64,000 nt of DNA. Source: Mobula hypostoma. Lineage: Eukaryota. Position 1 is the stretch's first letter. Every line of letters starts with the position of its first letter. Below are positions 13,160 through 25,899 of the stretch, piece by piece. The position numbers were made by a program, and so were the translations under genes. The stretch spans positions 230,766,001 to 230,830,000 of the forward strand of contig NC_086097.1 of the NCBI RefSeq assembly GCF_963921235.1. Direction: 5' to 3'. The notes under the pieces were generated by a model, which worked only from the letters and a program-made list of their open reading frames with translations, did not search any database and had not been told where the DNA came from.

Positions 13160-15297
13160 AAAACAAGAGAAAATCTGCAGATGCTGGAAATCTTAGCAAC
13201 ACACACACAAAATGCTGGAGTAATTCGGCAGGCCAGATGGCATACAGTAGCAAGCAAAAGTTTGGGCACCCCTGGTCAAAATTTCTGTTACTGTGAATAG
13301 CTAAATAAGTAAAAGATGAGCTGATTTCCAAAAGGCATAAAGTTAAAGATGACACATTTCTTTAATATTTTAAGCAAGATCACTTTTTTATTTCCATCTT
13401 TTACGGTTTCAAATGACAAAAAAGGAAAAGGGCCCGAAGCAAAAGTTTGGGCACCCTGTATGGTCAGTACTTAGTAACACCCTTTTTGGCAAGTATCACA
13501 GCTTGTAAATGCTTTCTGTAGCCAGCTAAGTCTTTCAATTCTTGTTTGGGGGATTTTCACCCATTCTTCCTTGCAAAAGGCTTCTAGTTCTGTGAGATTC
13601 TTGGGCCGTCTTGGACGCACTGCTCTTTTGAGGTCTATCCAAAGATTTTCGATGATGTTTAGGTTGGGGGACTGTGAGAGCCATGGCAAAAGCTTCAGCT
13701 TGCGCCTCTTGAGATAGTCCATTGTGGACTTTGAGTTGTGTTTAGGATTACTATCCTGTTGTAGAAGCTATTCTCTTCTCATCTTCAACTTTTTTACAGA
13801 CGGTGTGATGTTTGCTTCTAGAATTTGCTGGTATTTAATTTAATTCATTCTTCCTTCTACCAGCAAAATGTTCCCCGTTCCACTGTCTGCAACACAAGCC
13901 CAAAGCATGATTGATCCACCCCTGTGCTTAACAGTTGGAGAGGTGTTCTTTTCATGAAACTCTGCACCCTTTTTTCTCCAAACATACCTTTGCTCATTGC
14001 GGCCAAAATGTTCTATTTTAATTTCATCAGTCCACAGGACTTGTTTCCAAAATGCATCAGGCTTGTTTAGATGTTCCTTTGCACACTTCTGACGCTGAAT
14101 TTTGTGGTGAGGTCGCAGGAAAGGTTTTCTTCTGATGACTCTTCCATGAAGGTCATATTTGTGCAGGTGTCACTGCACAGTAGAACAGTGCACCACCACT
14201 CTAGAGTCTGCTAAATCTTCCTGAAGGTCTTTTGCAGTCAAAAGGGGGTTTTGATTTGCCTTTCTAGCAATCCTATGAGCAGTTCTCTCGGAAAGTTTAC
14301 TTGGTCTTCCAGACCTCAACTTGACCTCCACCATTCCTGTTAACTGTCATTTCTTAATTACATTACGAACTGAGGAAACAGCTACCTGAAAACGCTTTGC
14401 TATCTTCTTATAGCCTTCTCCTGCTTTATTTTATTTATCATTTATCATTATCATTTATTTTAATTTTCAGAGTGCTAGGCAGCTGCTTAGAGGAACCCAT
14501 GGCCGCTGATTGTTGGAACAAGGTTTGAGGAGTCAGGGTATTTATAAAACTTTGAAATTTGCATCACCTGGCCTTTCCTAACGATGATTGTGAACAAGCC
14601 ATAGCCCTAACAAGCTATTGGTAAAAGTTATCTGAGTGCTCAAATCTCTTGGGGTGCCCAAACTTTTGCATGGTGCTCCTTTCTTTTTTTCCACTCTAAA
14701 ATTGTACAAAACAAAAATAATACACTAATCTTGCTTAAAATGTTGAAAAGAATGTTTCATCTTTAACTTTATGACTTTTGGAGATCAGTTCATTTTCTAC
14801 TCACTTAACTATTCACAGTAACAGAAATTTTGACCGGGGTGCCCAAAGTATTGCGTGCCACTGTATATGGGAAAAAAGTAAAGTTGAAGTTTTGGTTGAA
14901 ACCCTTTGACAGGACTGGAGAAAAAATGCTGAGGAGTAGATTTAAAAGGTGGGGGAAGGGGGTGAGAGAAACACCAGGTAGGTGAAACTTGGGGGGGGGG
15001 GAACTGAAGTAAAGAGCTGGGAAGTTAATTGGTAAAAGAAACGAAGGGGGGAAGAGCAGCAGAGGAAGGCAATGGGTGGGCAAGGAGATAAGGTGAGAGA
15101 GGGAAAAGGATATGGGGAATAGTGAAAGGGGGTGGAGGACATTATCGGAGGTTTGGGAATCAATGTTCATGCCATCAGGTTGGAGGCTACCCAAACAGAA
15201 TAAAAGGTTTTGTTCCTCCAACCCAAGTGTGGCCTCATCACGACAGAGGATCAGGCCATGGATGGACATATCGGAATGTGAGTGGTAAGTGGAATTA
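13160..15297 (-). mobile_element. Penelope-like element 3' part (GIY-YIG C-terminus and terminus), split by a Tc1
   Basis: MSIHGL...LEEQNLLFCLGSLQPDGMNID; degenerate hammerhead motif at 14881-14918; terminus at 13160-13244. Confidence 0.8.
13245..14863 (-). mobile_element. Tc1-family transposon, IR/DR type, full length, decayed transposase (~14500-13464)
   Basis: TA TSD at 13243-13244 and 14864-14865; ~210-bp TIRs with inner and outer GCAAAAGTTTGGGCACCC repeats; SPNLNIIENLW motif. Confidence 0.92.
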
Positions 15298-15945
15298 AGT
15301 TAACTGACTGATCGGAGGCAAAGAGTGGGAATAAGGGGGACCAATTCTAGTTGCTTCTGGTGACAAGTGCTGTTCTACAGGGGTTGGTGCTGGGACTGCT
15401 TCTTTTCACTTTATATGTTAATGATTTGGATGATGGAATTGATGACTTTGTGGCCAAATTTGTGAATGATACAAAGACAGGTGGAGGATCAGGTAGTGTT
15501 GAGGAAACAGGTAGGTTACAGAAGGACCTAGCTGGATTAGGAGAATGGGCAAAGGGATGGCAGATGGAATATACTGCAGGAAAGCGTGCGGTAATGCACT
15601 TTGATAGAAGGAATAAGGGAGTAGACTATTTTTTTAAATGGGGAGAAAACTCAGAAATCAAAGGTGCCAGAGGACTTGGGAGCCATCGTGTAGGATTCCC
15701 TAAAGATTAACTTGCACTTTGAGTCGATAGTGAGGAAAGTAAATGTAATGTCAGCATTCATTTCGAGAGGACAAGAATATAAAATACCTAGACTAGAATA
15801 TCAATTTTTCTGGCAGCCCAATCAATTCAGGAGTGAGAGATGAGGCAACTTACAGGTCTGGGAGTGAGATTTAAATAAGGAGTATTGACAGGCTTTTATG
15901 GTTTTTCAGTGGCCCAATGAAAGAGTGACTCATTAGTGAGGGCAA

Positions 15946-18900
15946 AATGAATTGAATTGACTTTATTTCTTATATCCTTCACATACGTGAGGAGTAAAAA
16001 TCTTTATGTTACGTCTCCATCTAAATGTGCCATGTGCAATCATAGTAATTTATAATAAACAGAACAGTAAATGTAATATAGAGTACACTCAAATCAGTGT
16101 GAGTTCATCTGTCTGATGGCCTGGTGGAAGAAGCTGTCCCAGAGCCTTTGGTCCTGCCTTTTTCGCTGCGGTACTGCTTCGCGGATGGTAGCAGCTGAAA
16201 TAGATTGTGGTTGGGTGACTTGGGTCCACAATGATCCTACGGGCCCTTTTTACACACCTGTCCTTGTACACCCTATCCTCGTTATATGCGTCTTCAGACA
16301 ACAGGGATTCACAGTTATGCGAGGAACCTATCTCTACCAACTTCTTGTTATATGCGTCCAAAACTCACAGTTATGCAAGGAGCACTGTTTTCCCACCAAT
16401 ACAAGTCATGTGCGCACGTCTCACAGTCTCACTCCCGCCAGTCTCGCATTGGTTTTGGCAACATATGGATGTGTGATCTTGCGCTCTTAAACTTTTGTGT
16501 TTTTACCTACGGTGCAGTGACTTTGTGCTTGAAATATTTAACTATGCCTCCTTAGCGTCCAATGTCAAATCCTGGGCCATCAGCCAAGCGGCAGAGAACC
16601 GCTTTAACACGTGGAAAACAAGTTGGAAATTATAAACAGGGAGGCGTCAGGTGAAGGTAACACAGCTCTGGGCCACTACCCTTTGCAGTTGGGGGCTATG
16701 ATAGCTGAGTTAGGCATCACACCAAAGCAAGTGTTTAATGCAGACGGGACCGGGCTTTTTTGGAAGCGTATGCCGAAACGCACTTACATAAGTAAGGATG
16801 AAAAAACTGTATCAGGTTTCAAGGCAGCAAAGGATAGATGACTTTGCTTATGTGTTCCAATGCCGAAGGAGTCTGTAAGATGAAGCCTCTCTTAGTTTAC
16901 CATTCAATAAACCCCCGTGCTCTTAAGGGTTTGAGTAAGAATATGCTTCCTGTCCACTGGGCAGCTAACAAGAAAGCATGGGTCACTGGTCAAATCTTTG
17001 AAGATTGGTTTGCTAATCATTTTGCTGTTGAGGTTGAACGCTACTGCCGGCAACAGAATCTTGCCTTTAAAGTTCTTTCGTTGCTTGACAATGTGCCAGC
17101 CCATCCTAAACATTTGGACAGCATTCATACTGACATAACAGTGCGTTTCCTGCCGCCTAACACAACATTGCTGATTCAACCACTCGACCAAGGTGTGATA
17201 TCCACATTCAAGGCGTATTTTTTTTATGGCGAACTGTCTCTCAGATGCCGCAAGCAACAGAGGATTCTGAAAATCCCGGGAGTTTACCAATGGAGAGGGA
17301 ATGGTGGAAGTCCTTTAACATCGGACATGGCATCAACAACATTGATGAATCCTGGAAAGAGGTCAGGTCTTCCACTCTGAAGCAACTGGCAGAGTTTTTT
17401 TAAGGCTGTGAAACACTTGACACAAATGGCGATGGACATGGACCCAAGTTTAGAATGGAGTCAGCATTTCAGTCGTTCCCTGCCGTCAAGCCTTCTTCCC
17501 TACATGCAAATTTATGCTGAAAAACAAAATACTGCCAAGCAAACAACCCTCACCACTTTCTTCAAACCGGTGTAATCTCCTGCTGCCGGCAGTACTGAGA
17601 GATCTGTGAGTCTTCCTTCACCCCTTGCTGTCCTTGCTGATCCTGACGACACAGAACCATCCACCTCATCCATGTAAAGCTGCCCGACACCACAACAACC
17701 ACTCATCTCCCGGAGCGAACACACCTGCCACTGTTGGTGAGTACTGTACTGTACACCCTAGGATGTTAACTTTCTGTCATTTATTACATTGAATATTACC
17801 TTAAATTGATGAAATATAATACGAATGTTGCCTTGTGGTACTGCTTTTGTGTTGTATTGGTATGAAAATGTGAATAAATTACAGATAAAACATATTTAGG
17901 AAGCCCTCAAGAACACATCCCTATTTTCTCTATTTGAATAATTATTCACATTATGCGTCAACTTCGAGGAACGTATCCCCTGCATATAATGAGGATAGAG
18001 TGTAAATGTCCTGAAGCATGAGAAGTTCACAACTACAGATGCGCTGGGCTGTCTGCACCACTCTCTGTAGCGTCCTGCGGTTAAGGGAGGTACAGTTCTC
18101 ATACCAGGCAGTGATGCAGCCAGTCAGGATGCTCTCAATTGTGCACCTGTAGAAAGTTCTTAGGATTTGGGGGCCCATACCAAACTTCCTCAACCGTCTG
18201 AGGTGAAAGAGGTGCTGTTGTGCCTTTTTCACCACACAGCTGGTGTGTACAAACCACGTGAGGTCCTCGATGATGTGGATGCCGAGAAACTTGAAGCTGT
18301 TTACCCTCTCAACCCTGAGATCCATTGATGTCAATAGGGGTTAGCCTATCTCCATTCCTCCTGTAATCCACAACCAGCTCCTTTGTTTCCGCAACATTGA
18401 GGGAGAGGTTGTTTTCTTGACACCACTATGTCAGAGAGATGATTTCTTCCCTGTAGGTCACCTCATTATTGTTTGCGATAAGGCCAATCAATGTCATGTC
18501 ATCGGGAAATTTAATTAGCAGATTGGAGCTGTGCGTGGCGATACAGTTAGGAGTATACAGGGAGTAAAGGAGGTTGACTCAGTACAACAGCCCTGTGGGG
18601 CTCCTGTATTGAGAGTCAGAGGGTCGGAGGTGAAGGAGCCCACTCTTACAACCTACTGGCGATCTGACAGGAAATCCAGGATCCAGCTGCATAAGACAGG
18701 GTCAAGGTCAAGGGTCTCTGAGCTTCTTGTCGAGCCTGGATGGAACTATGGTGTTGAATGCCGAACTGTAGTCCAAGAACAGCATTCTCACATAAACATC
18801 CTTCTTCTCCAGACGTGTAAGGACAGTATGTAGAGCAGTGGCTATTGCGTCATCTGTTGATCGGTTGTGTCAGTAGGCGAATTGTAGGGTGTCCAGTTTG

Positions 18901-19160
18901 GGTGGTAGCAAGCTGCAGATATAATCCTCGACCAGCCCTCAAAACATTTACTTATTATTGAGGTGAGTGTGACAGGACGCCAGTCATTCAGGCATGTTAC
19001 CTTGGTCTTTTTTGCTACAGGGACAATGGTGGATAATTTGAAGCAGGAGAGCACTCTATAACTGGGAGAAGGAGAGACTAAAAATATCAGTAAACACAAC
19101 TGCCAGTTGTGCTGTGCACGTCCTGAGTACTCGCCCTGGGATGCCATCCAGTCCTGCAGC
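15946..19160 (-). mobile_element. Rex1/Babar-clade LINE fragment, interrupted by pogo/Tigger
   Basis: [26 protein letters not shown]...TFYRCTIESILTGCITAWY, RARRIIVDPSHP; AATAAA plus (CAATT)n tail. Confidence 0.82.
16269..18002 (+). mobile_element. pogo/Tigger-family DNA transposon, decayed and internally deleted
   Basis: 22-bp TIRs CACCCTATCCTCGTTATATGCG / CACTCTATCCTCATTATATGCA; TA TSD at 16267-16268 and 18003-18004; QVFNADGTGLFWK, LLDNVPAHP, FLPPNTT..IQPLDQGVI. Confidence 0.9.
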
Positions 19161-19184
19161 CTTGTGACTGTCCACTTGTTAGAA

Positions 19185-21461
19185 ACTCGTAGTGACCGGG
19201 TCAGGTGGGTGAGCATCTGTGGGACAGTGACCACCACTCCCTGGCCTTTAACATTATCATGGAAAAGGATAGAATCAGAGAGGACAGGAAAATTTTTAAT
19301 TGGGAAGGGCAAATTATGAGGCTAAAAGTCTAGAACTTGCAGGTGTGAATTGGGATGATGTTTTTGCAGGGAAATGTACTATGGACATGTGTTCAATGTT
19401 TAGGGATCTCTTACAGGATGTTAGGGATAAATTTGTCCCGGTGAGGAAGATACAGAATGGTAGGGTGAAGGAACCATGGGTGACTAGTGAGGTGGAAAAC
19501 CTAGTCCGGTGGAAGAATGCAGCATACATGAGGTTTAGGAAGCAAGGATCAGATGGGTCTATTGAGAAATATAGGGTAACAAGAAAGGAGCTTAAGAAGG
19601 GGCTGAGGAGAGCAAGAAGGGGGCATGAGAAGGCCTTGGCGAGTAGGATAAAGGAAAACCCCAAGGCATTCTTCAATTATGTGAAGAACAAAATGATGAC
19701 AGGAAAAAAAGTAGGACTAATTAGAGACAAAGGTGGGAAGATGTGCCTGAAGGCTGTGGAAGTGAGCGAGGTCCTCAATGAATACTTCTCTTTGGTATTC
19801 ACCAATGAGAGGGAACTTGATGATGGTGAGGACAATATGAGTGAGGTTGATGTTCTGGAGCATGTTGATATTAAGGGAGAGGAGGTGTTGGAGTTGTTAA
19901 AATACATTAGGATGGATAAGTCCCCGGGGCCTGACAGAATATTCCCCAAGCTGCTCCATGAGGCGAGGGAAGAGATTGCTGAGCCTCTGCCTAGGATCTT
20001 TATGTCCTCGTTGTCCACAGGAATGGTACCAGAGGATTGGAGGGAGGCGAATGTTGTTCACTTGTTCAAAAAAGATAGTAGGGATAGTCTAGGTAATTAT
20101 AGACTAGTGTGCCTTATGTCTGTGGTGGGAAAGCTGTTGGAAAAGATTGTTAGAGATAGGATCTATGGGCATTTATAGAATCATGGTCTGATCAGGAACA
20201 GTCAGCATGGCTTTGTGAAGGGCAGATCGTGTCTAACAAGCCTGATAAAGTTTTTTGAGGAGATGACCAGGCATATAGATGAGGGTAGTGCAGTGGATGT
20301 GATCTACATGGATTTTAGTAAGGCATTTGACAAGATTCCACACAGCAGACTTATCAAGTCAGAAGGCATGGGATCCAGGGAAGTTTGGTCAGGTGGATTC
20401 AGAATTGGCTTACCTGCAGAAGGCAGAGGGTCGTGGTGGAGGGAGTACATTCGGATTGGAGGGTTGTGACTAGTGGTATCCCACAAGGATCGGTTCTGGG
20501 ACCTCTACTTTTCGTGATTTTTATTAACGACCTGGATGTTGGGGTAGAAGGGTGGGTTGGCAAGTTTGCAGACGACACAAAGGTTGGTGGTGTTGTAGAT
20601 AGTGTAAAGGATTTTCAAAGATTGCAGAGAGACATTGATAGGATGCAGAAGTGGGCTGAGAAGTGGCAGATGGAGTTCAACCCGGAGAAGTGTGAGGTAG
20701 TACACTTTGGAAGGACAAACTCCAAGGCAGAGTACAAAGTAAATGGCAGGATACTTGGTAGTGTGGAGGAGCAGAGGGATCTGGGGGTACATGTCCACAG
20801 ATCCCTGAAAGTTGCCTCACAGGTAGATAGGGTAGTTAAGAAAGCTTATGGGGTGTTAACTTTCATAAGTCAAGGAATAGAGTTTAAGAGTCACGGGGTA
20901 ATGATGCAGCTCTATAAAACTCTGGTTAGGCCACACTTGGAGTACTGCGTCCAGTTCTGGTCGCCTCACTATAGGAAGGATGTGGAAGCATTGGAAAGGG
21001 TACAGAGGAGATTTACTAGGATGCTGCCTGGTTTAGTGAGTATGCATTATGATCAGAGATTAAGAGAGCTAGGGCTTTACTCTGAGGAGGGAAGGAGGAT
21101 GAGAGGAGACATGACAGAGGTATACAGTACAAGATATTAAGAGGAATAGATAGAGTGGACAGCTGGCACCTCTTCCCCAGGGCACCACTGCTCAGTACAA
21201 GAGGACATGGCTTTAAGGTGAGGGGTGGGAAGTTCAAGGGGGATATTAGAGGAAAGTTTTTTTACTCAGAGAGTGGTTGGTGTGTGGAATGCACTGCCTG
21301 AGTCAGTGGTGGAGGCAGATACACTAGTGAAGTTTAAGAGACTGCTAGACAGGTATATGGAGGAATTTAAGGTGGGGGGTTATATGGGAGGTAGGGTTTA
21401 AGGGTCGGCACAACATTGTGGATCAAAGGGCCTGTACTGTGCTGTACTATTCTATGTTCTA
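19185..21461 (+). mobile_element. CR1 LINE, 5'-truncated ORF2
   Basis: ORFs 19300-20178, 20215-20469 and 20385-21140 with RT motifs (KFADD); ttctatgttcta tail. Confidence 0.9.
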
Positions 21462-24410
21462 AAAGCAGAGTGGCCACTGTGTGAGTGGACCAGATTTAGA
21501 GTGGGGAGGGTTTGGCTCTCAGACTTCGGCAAGAACAGAATTGGGTGAGGCAAGGATCTTCTTCATTCAACATCTATTAGTACATAGTTAGAGCAGTGAG
21601 AATGGCAGCAGGGGCTCTTTTATGTGGGAAACTGAGGAGGCGATAGAAGGAGGTACAAGGAGGTAGTCACCCATAAGTTGCGGGAGGCGGGAAACTGCAC
21701 TGGCTGCCATTGCCTTTCTCTCTCAGCAGTCACAGGGAGTGCCCACGTGGCTGTTCCCCTCAATAAGTATACCACATTGCATACTGTGGGGAGATGACCT
21801 ACCAGAGGGAAGTCGTAGTGATTGGGTTTCTGGCACTGAGTCTGAGGTTGTGACTGAGAATAGAAGGGGAAGAAGAGTACAATAGTGACAAAGGGATTTC
21901 ATTGTTAGAGGAATATAGTCTGCTGAGCAGGTTAAGTGCCCGTAGTATTACGAGAAAGATACTAGCGTGAATAAAGAATTCACTGATTGGCAGGAGGCAA
22001 AGAGTGGGAATAAAGTGATCCTTTTCTGATTGGCTGCCAGTGACTAGCAGTGTTCCACAGTGGTTGGTATTGAGACCACTTTTTTAAAAAAACTTTCTAT
22101 GTCAATGATTTAGATGACAGAATTGATGGCTTTATGGCCAAGTTTGCGGCTGAAATGAAGATGGGTGGAGGGGAAGGTAGGTTACAGAAGGAATAAGACA
22201 GATTAGTAGAATGGGCAAAGAAGTGGCAGATAAAATACATCAGAGGTGTATGTCGTGCACTTTGGTAGAAGAAATATTAACAAAGTTTTCTAAATGGGGA
22301 GAAAATTCAAAAATCCGAGGTGCAAAGGAACTTGGGAGGCCTCATGCAGGTTAACTTGCAAATTGGATTGGTGGTGAGGAAGGCAAATACAATGTTAGCA
22401 TTCATTTTGAGAGGACTAGAATATAAAAACAGGGATGTCATGCTGAGGCTTTATGAGGCATGGGTGAGGCCTCACCTGTAGTATTATGAGTAGCTTTGGT
22501 CCCCCCATCTAAGAAAGGATGTGCTGACATTGGAGAGGGTTTAAGAGGTTCACAAAAATGATTCTAGGAATGAAATGCTTGTCGTATGAGGAATTTAGAA
22601 GAATGAGGGGGATCTCATTGAAACCTATCAAATATTGAAAGGCCTAGATAAAGTGATATGGGAGGGTGTTTCCCATAGTGGGTGAATCTAGGACCAGAGG
22701 GCAAAGCCTCAGAATAGAGGGATGTCCATTTAGAACAGAAAAGAGGAGTAATTTCTTTAGCCACAAGGTGATGAATCTGTGGAATTCATTGCCACAGGCA
22801 GCCGTGGAGGCCAATGTGTATTTAAGGGGGAGGTTGATAGATTCTTGATTATTCAGAGCATGAAAGATTACCTGAAGGCAGGAGAATGGGTTTGAGCCCT
22901 GATCAAATAAGACCATAAGATACAGAGCAAAATTAGACCATTTGGCCCATAGAGTCTGCTCTACCATTTCATCATGGCTGATCCATTTCCCTCTCGGCCC
23001 GTCTCCAACATCTCCCCGTATCCCTTCACGTCCTGACTGATCAAGAGTCTATCAACCTCTACCTTAAATATAGAAACAAAGAAAACCTACAGCACAATAC
23101 AGGCCCTTCAGACGACAAAGCTGTGCTGAACATGTACTTACTGTAGAAATTACCGAGGGTTATCCATAGCCCTCTATTTTTCTAAGCTTCATGTACCTAT
23201 CCAGGAGTCCCTAAAAAAAACCCTATCATTTCTGCCTGCAGCCCATCCCATGCACTCACTACTCTCTGTGTAAAAATAACTATACCCAGTAACTTGGTCT
23301 CCACAGCCCCCTGTGGCAACGAACTCCACAAGTTCTCCACTTTCTGGCTAAAGAAATTCCTTCTCGTCTTCATTCTAAATAGATGTCCCTCTATTCTGAG
23401 ACTGTGTCCTCCAGTCTTCGACTCCATCACCATAGGAAACATCCTCCCTAAATATACAGTCAAGGCCTTTCAACATTTGATAGGTTTCAATGATATCCCT
23501 CCTCATTCTTTTGAATTCCAGTGAGTACAGGCCCAGGGCCATCAAATGCTGCTCATCTGACAAGCCTTTCAATCCCAGAATTTTTCTCGTGAACCTCCTT
23601 TGGACCTTCTTCAATGTAAGTACGCATTCAAATTCAACACCAGCGTTCATCACTCTTTTTGATTTTCTCCCTCTTTTACTTTTCAGGTCATCCCATTCAC
23701 TGCAATTTTGCTCTATCATCAGCCCACTGCTTCTGTTTGTCAGCCAACTGGTTCCCATCATCTTGCCAAATTAGTTTAAACCCTCTCCCGGAATAATTAC
23801 AATGATACAGAAATCTGAACCCCACACCAGTTCCTTAGCCACTTATTCACCTGCTAAATCATCCTATTCTTACTTTTACAGGCGCACGACACAGGCAGCA
23901 ATCCAGAGATTACTACCCTGGAGATCCTGCTTTTCAGCTTTCCACATAATTCCCTATATTCTCTCTTCAGGACCTCTTCACCTATATCATTCCTGCCAAG
24001 ATGTAGCATTTATAGATCTGGGCCTGTATTCAAGGGAGTTTAGAAGAATGAGGGGTGATTTCATTGAAACCTATCAAATACTGAAAGGAGTAGATGGTGC
24101 ATTTGGAGGGGATATTTCCTGTAGTGGGGGAATCTAGGACTAAGGGCAGACCCTCAGAGTAGAGGAACATCCCTTTAGAATAGTGATAATGAATTTCTTT
24201 AGCCAGGTAGTGCTGAATCTATGGAATTCATTACCACAGACAGCTATGCAGGCCAAGTCATTGAGTATATTTAAAGCAAAGGGCATCAAACATTAGGGGA
24301 GAAGGCAGGAGAATGAAGTAGAGGAGGATTATAAATCAGTCATTATGGAATGGCAGAGCATATCTGATGGACCAAATTGCCTAATTCTATTCCTATGTCT
24401 TATGGTCTCC
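21462..24410. mobile_element. Cluster of old CR1 fragments in both orientations
   Basis: Plus-strand pieces ~21470-22890 and ~24010-24410, minus-strand pieces ~22910-24000; NFFSHKVMNLWNSLP-type C-termini and ORF1 remnants. Confidence 0.7.
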
Positions 24411-24555
24411 TTAGACGCAATGAAGATTACCTAGAAACACCAGTAAACATCAGTACAAACAGAAGAACACACACTGGAATGCAAGTGGTGGGGGAAGGTG
24501 AGCGTTGGTGTGGGGGTGGGAAGGTGAGAAATATATACTGGGGAGCAGATAAATG

Positions 24556-25510
24556 ATGCTGGAATTAAGCAAGATGAGATGTTGCTGGAGGAACAGTGGG
24601 CTAGGCTTCTGTGGAGGGAAATAAGCAGTCAACAGTTCAGGTTGGTAACTTTCATCCGACTGAAAAATACAAGAGATGGGAGAGGGATGAGACATTAGCT
24701 GGCAAGCAATAAGTAGATCCACATGAGAAGAGGTGGATCCACATTGGCAGTACAATTGAGGAGAACAGGCAGAGGTAGGGATGGAGGGTTGCAAATTGTG
24801 GAAGAAAGGGAAGTGATGAGAGGAACCAAAGGGAGAGATAGAGGGTAGATCTGATAGGAGGGGTAAAATACAGATCACAGGGAGTTATGTGTGAAAAGAT
24901 TTGGCTAGATTAGGACAAATACAATTGTTTGTATTTGACTTCAGTATTGGCAGTGGGGGAGGTAGAGGACAGACAGGATGTTGTGGGAATGTGATGGGGA
25001 ATCAAGATGGCTAGCAACCAGAAGATCCAAATATCCACTGAGCAGACTAAACTGTGCTTCTGTCTCGTGGATGTAAAGGAGGCCACATCCGGAACACAGA
25101 AAGGCGAGCTGGGAGGATGTACACACAAATTTTTCTCCCTTCTGAAAGTGCTGCATCGGTCCCTGAGCAGACCTGGCAAAAGGAAATTTAGGAAAGTGCC
25201 CAAGGAAAGAAGGGATATGTGGTGAGGGGTGAATGAACTAGGATCCTTGTGGAAAGCAGAAAGTGTATGAAGGGGAAGATGTGACTGGTGGTGGGATAAC
25301 ACTGTAGCTGGCAGAAACATCACAGAATAATGCACTGGATGCAGAAGATGGTGGGGTGAAAGTCAAGGACCAAAGAAACTTTATTCCTGTTCTGTCTGTG
25401 GGGAGGCAGGATGAGAACAGAAGTGTGGGAAATGAAGAGGATATGGGTGAGGGCTCCATCAATCACATTGAGGAGAGGAGGAAGCCTCGTTTCTTGAAAC
25501 AATGAGGACA
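24556..25510 (-). mobile_element. Old Penelope-like element fragment
   Basis: CSGCGLLYIHET...VASHLDSPSHSH (GIY-YIG) and VLDFHPT; degenerate hammerhead motif at 24626-24662. Confidence 0.65.
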
Positions 25511-25899
25511 CCTTTGATGTTCTTAATCCCAAGAACAGACATAGCATTAGCATAAACTGAGAGAAAGGGCTGTCATCTTTACAGTTGGGGAGGAAAAGGA
25601 AAAGACATAAGAGAAACTGGAACAGTTAAGAAAAAAGAAATGAATGTAAATTGTGACAATTATTTAAACATCTGATAGAAAAAAATCTAAAATATAGTTC
25701 CTTCAAATGGAAGTTTATAATCTACCTCTTTAAGAATTACATCAACAGTAAATACATTCTGTTCAATTTGCTTTCATTATGCACAATGTGCCACATCGCA
25801 AGTAGTCTCCAAAAACAACTGCAGTGAGTAGAGATTAGGGTAATTGAAAGTGCTAATCTCTACTCACCATAATCTCTACCCTAGAGCAAGTTTAAAAAA

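Larger units (their letters stand above)
11500..15800 (+). mobile_element. Old CR1 ORF2 (11500-13155 and 15300-15800) interrupted by a PLE
   Basis: APE/RT remnants (PGPHGLHSRVLKE, YVNDLDDG, KFVNDTK); sequence resumes across the PLE at tggatagaaaattag|ctgactgatcggaggcaaagagtggg. Confidence 0.75.

Noticed and set aside
16544..17520. Domesticated TIGD/CENP-B-like host gene
   Set aside because: Stops, frameshifts, intact TIRs and a TA TSD show a decayed transposon
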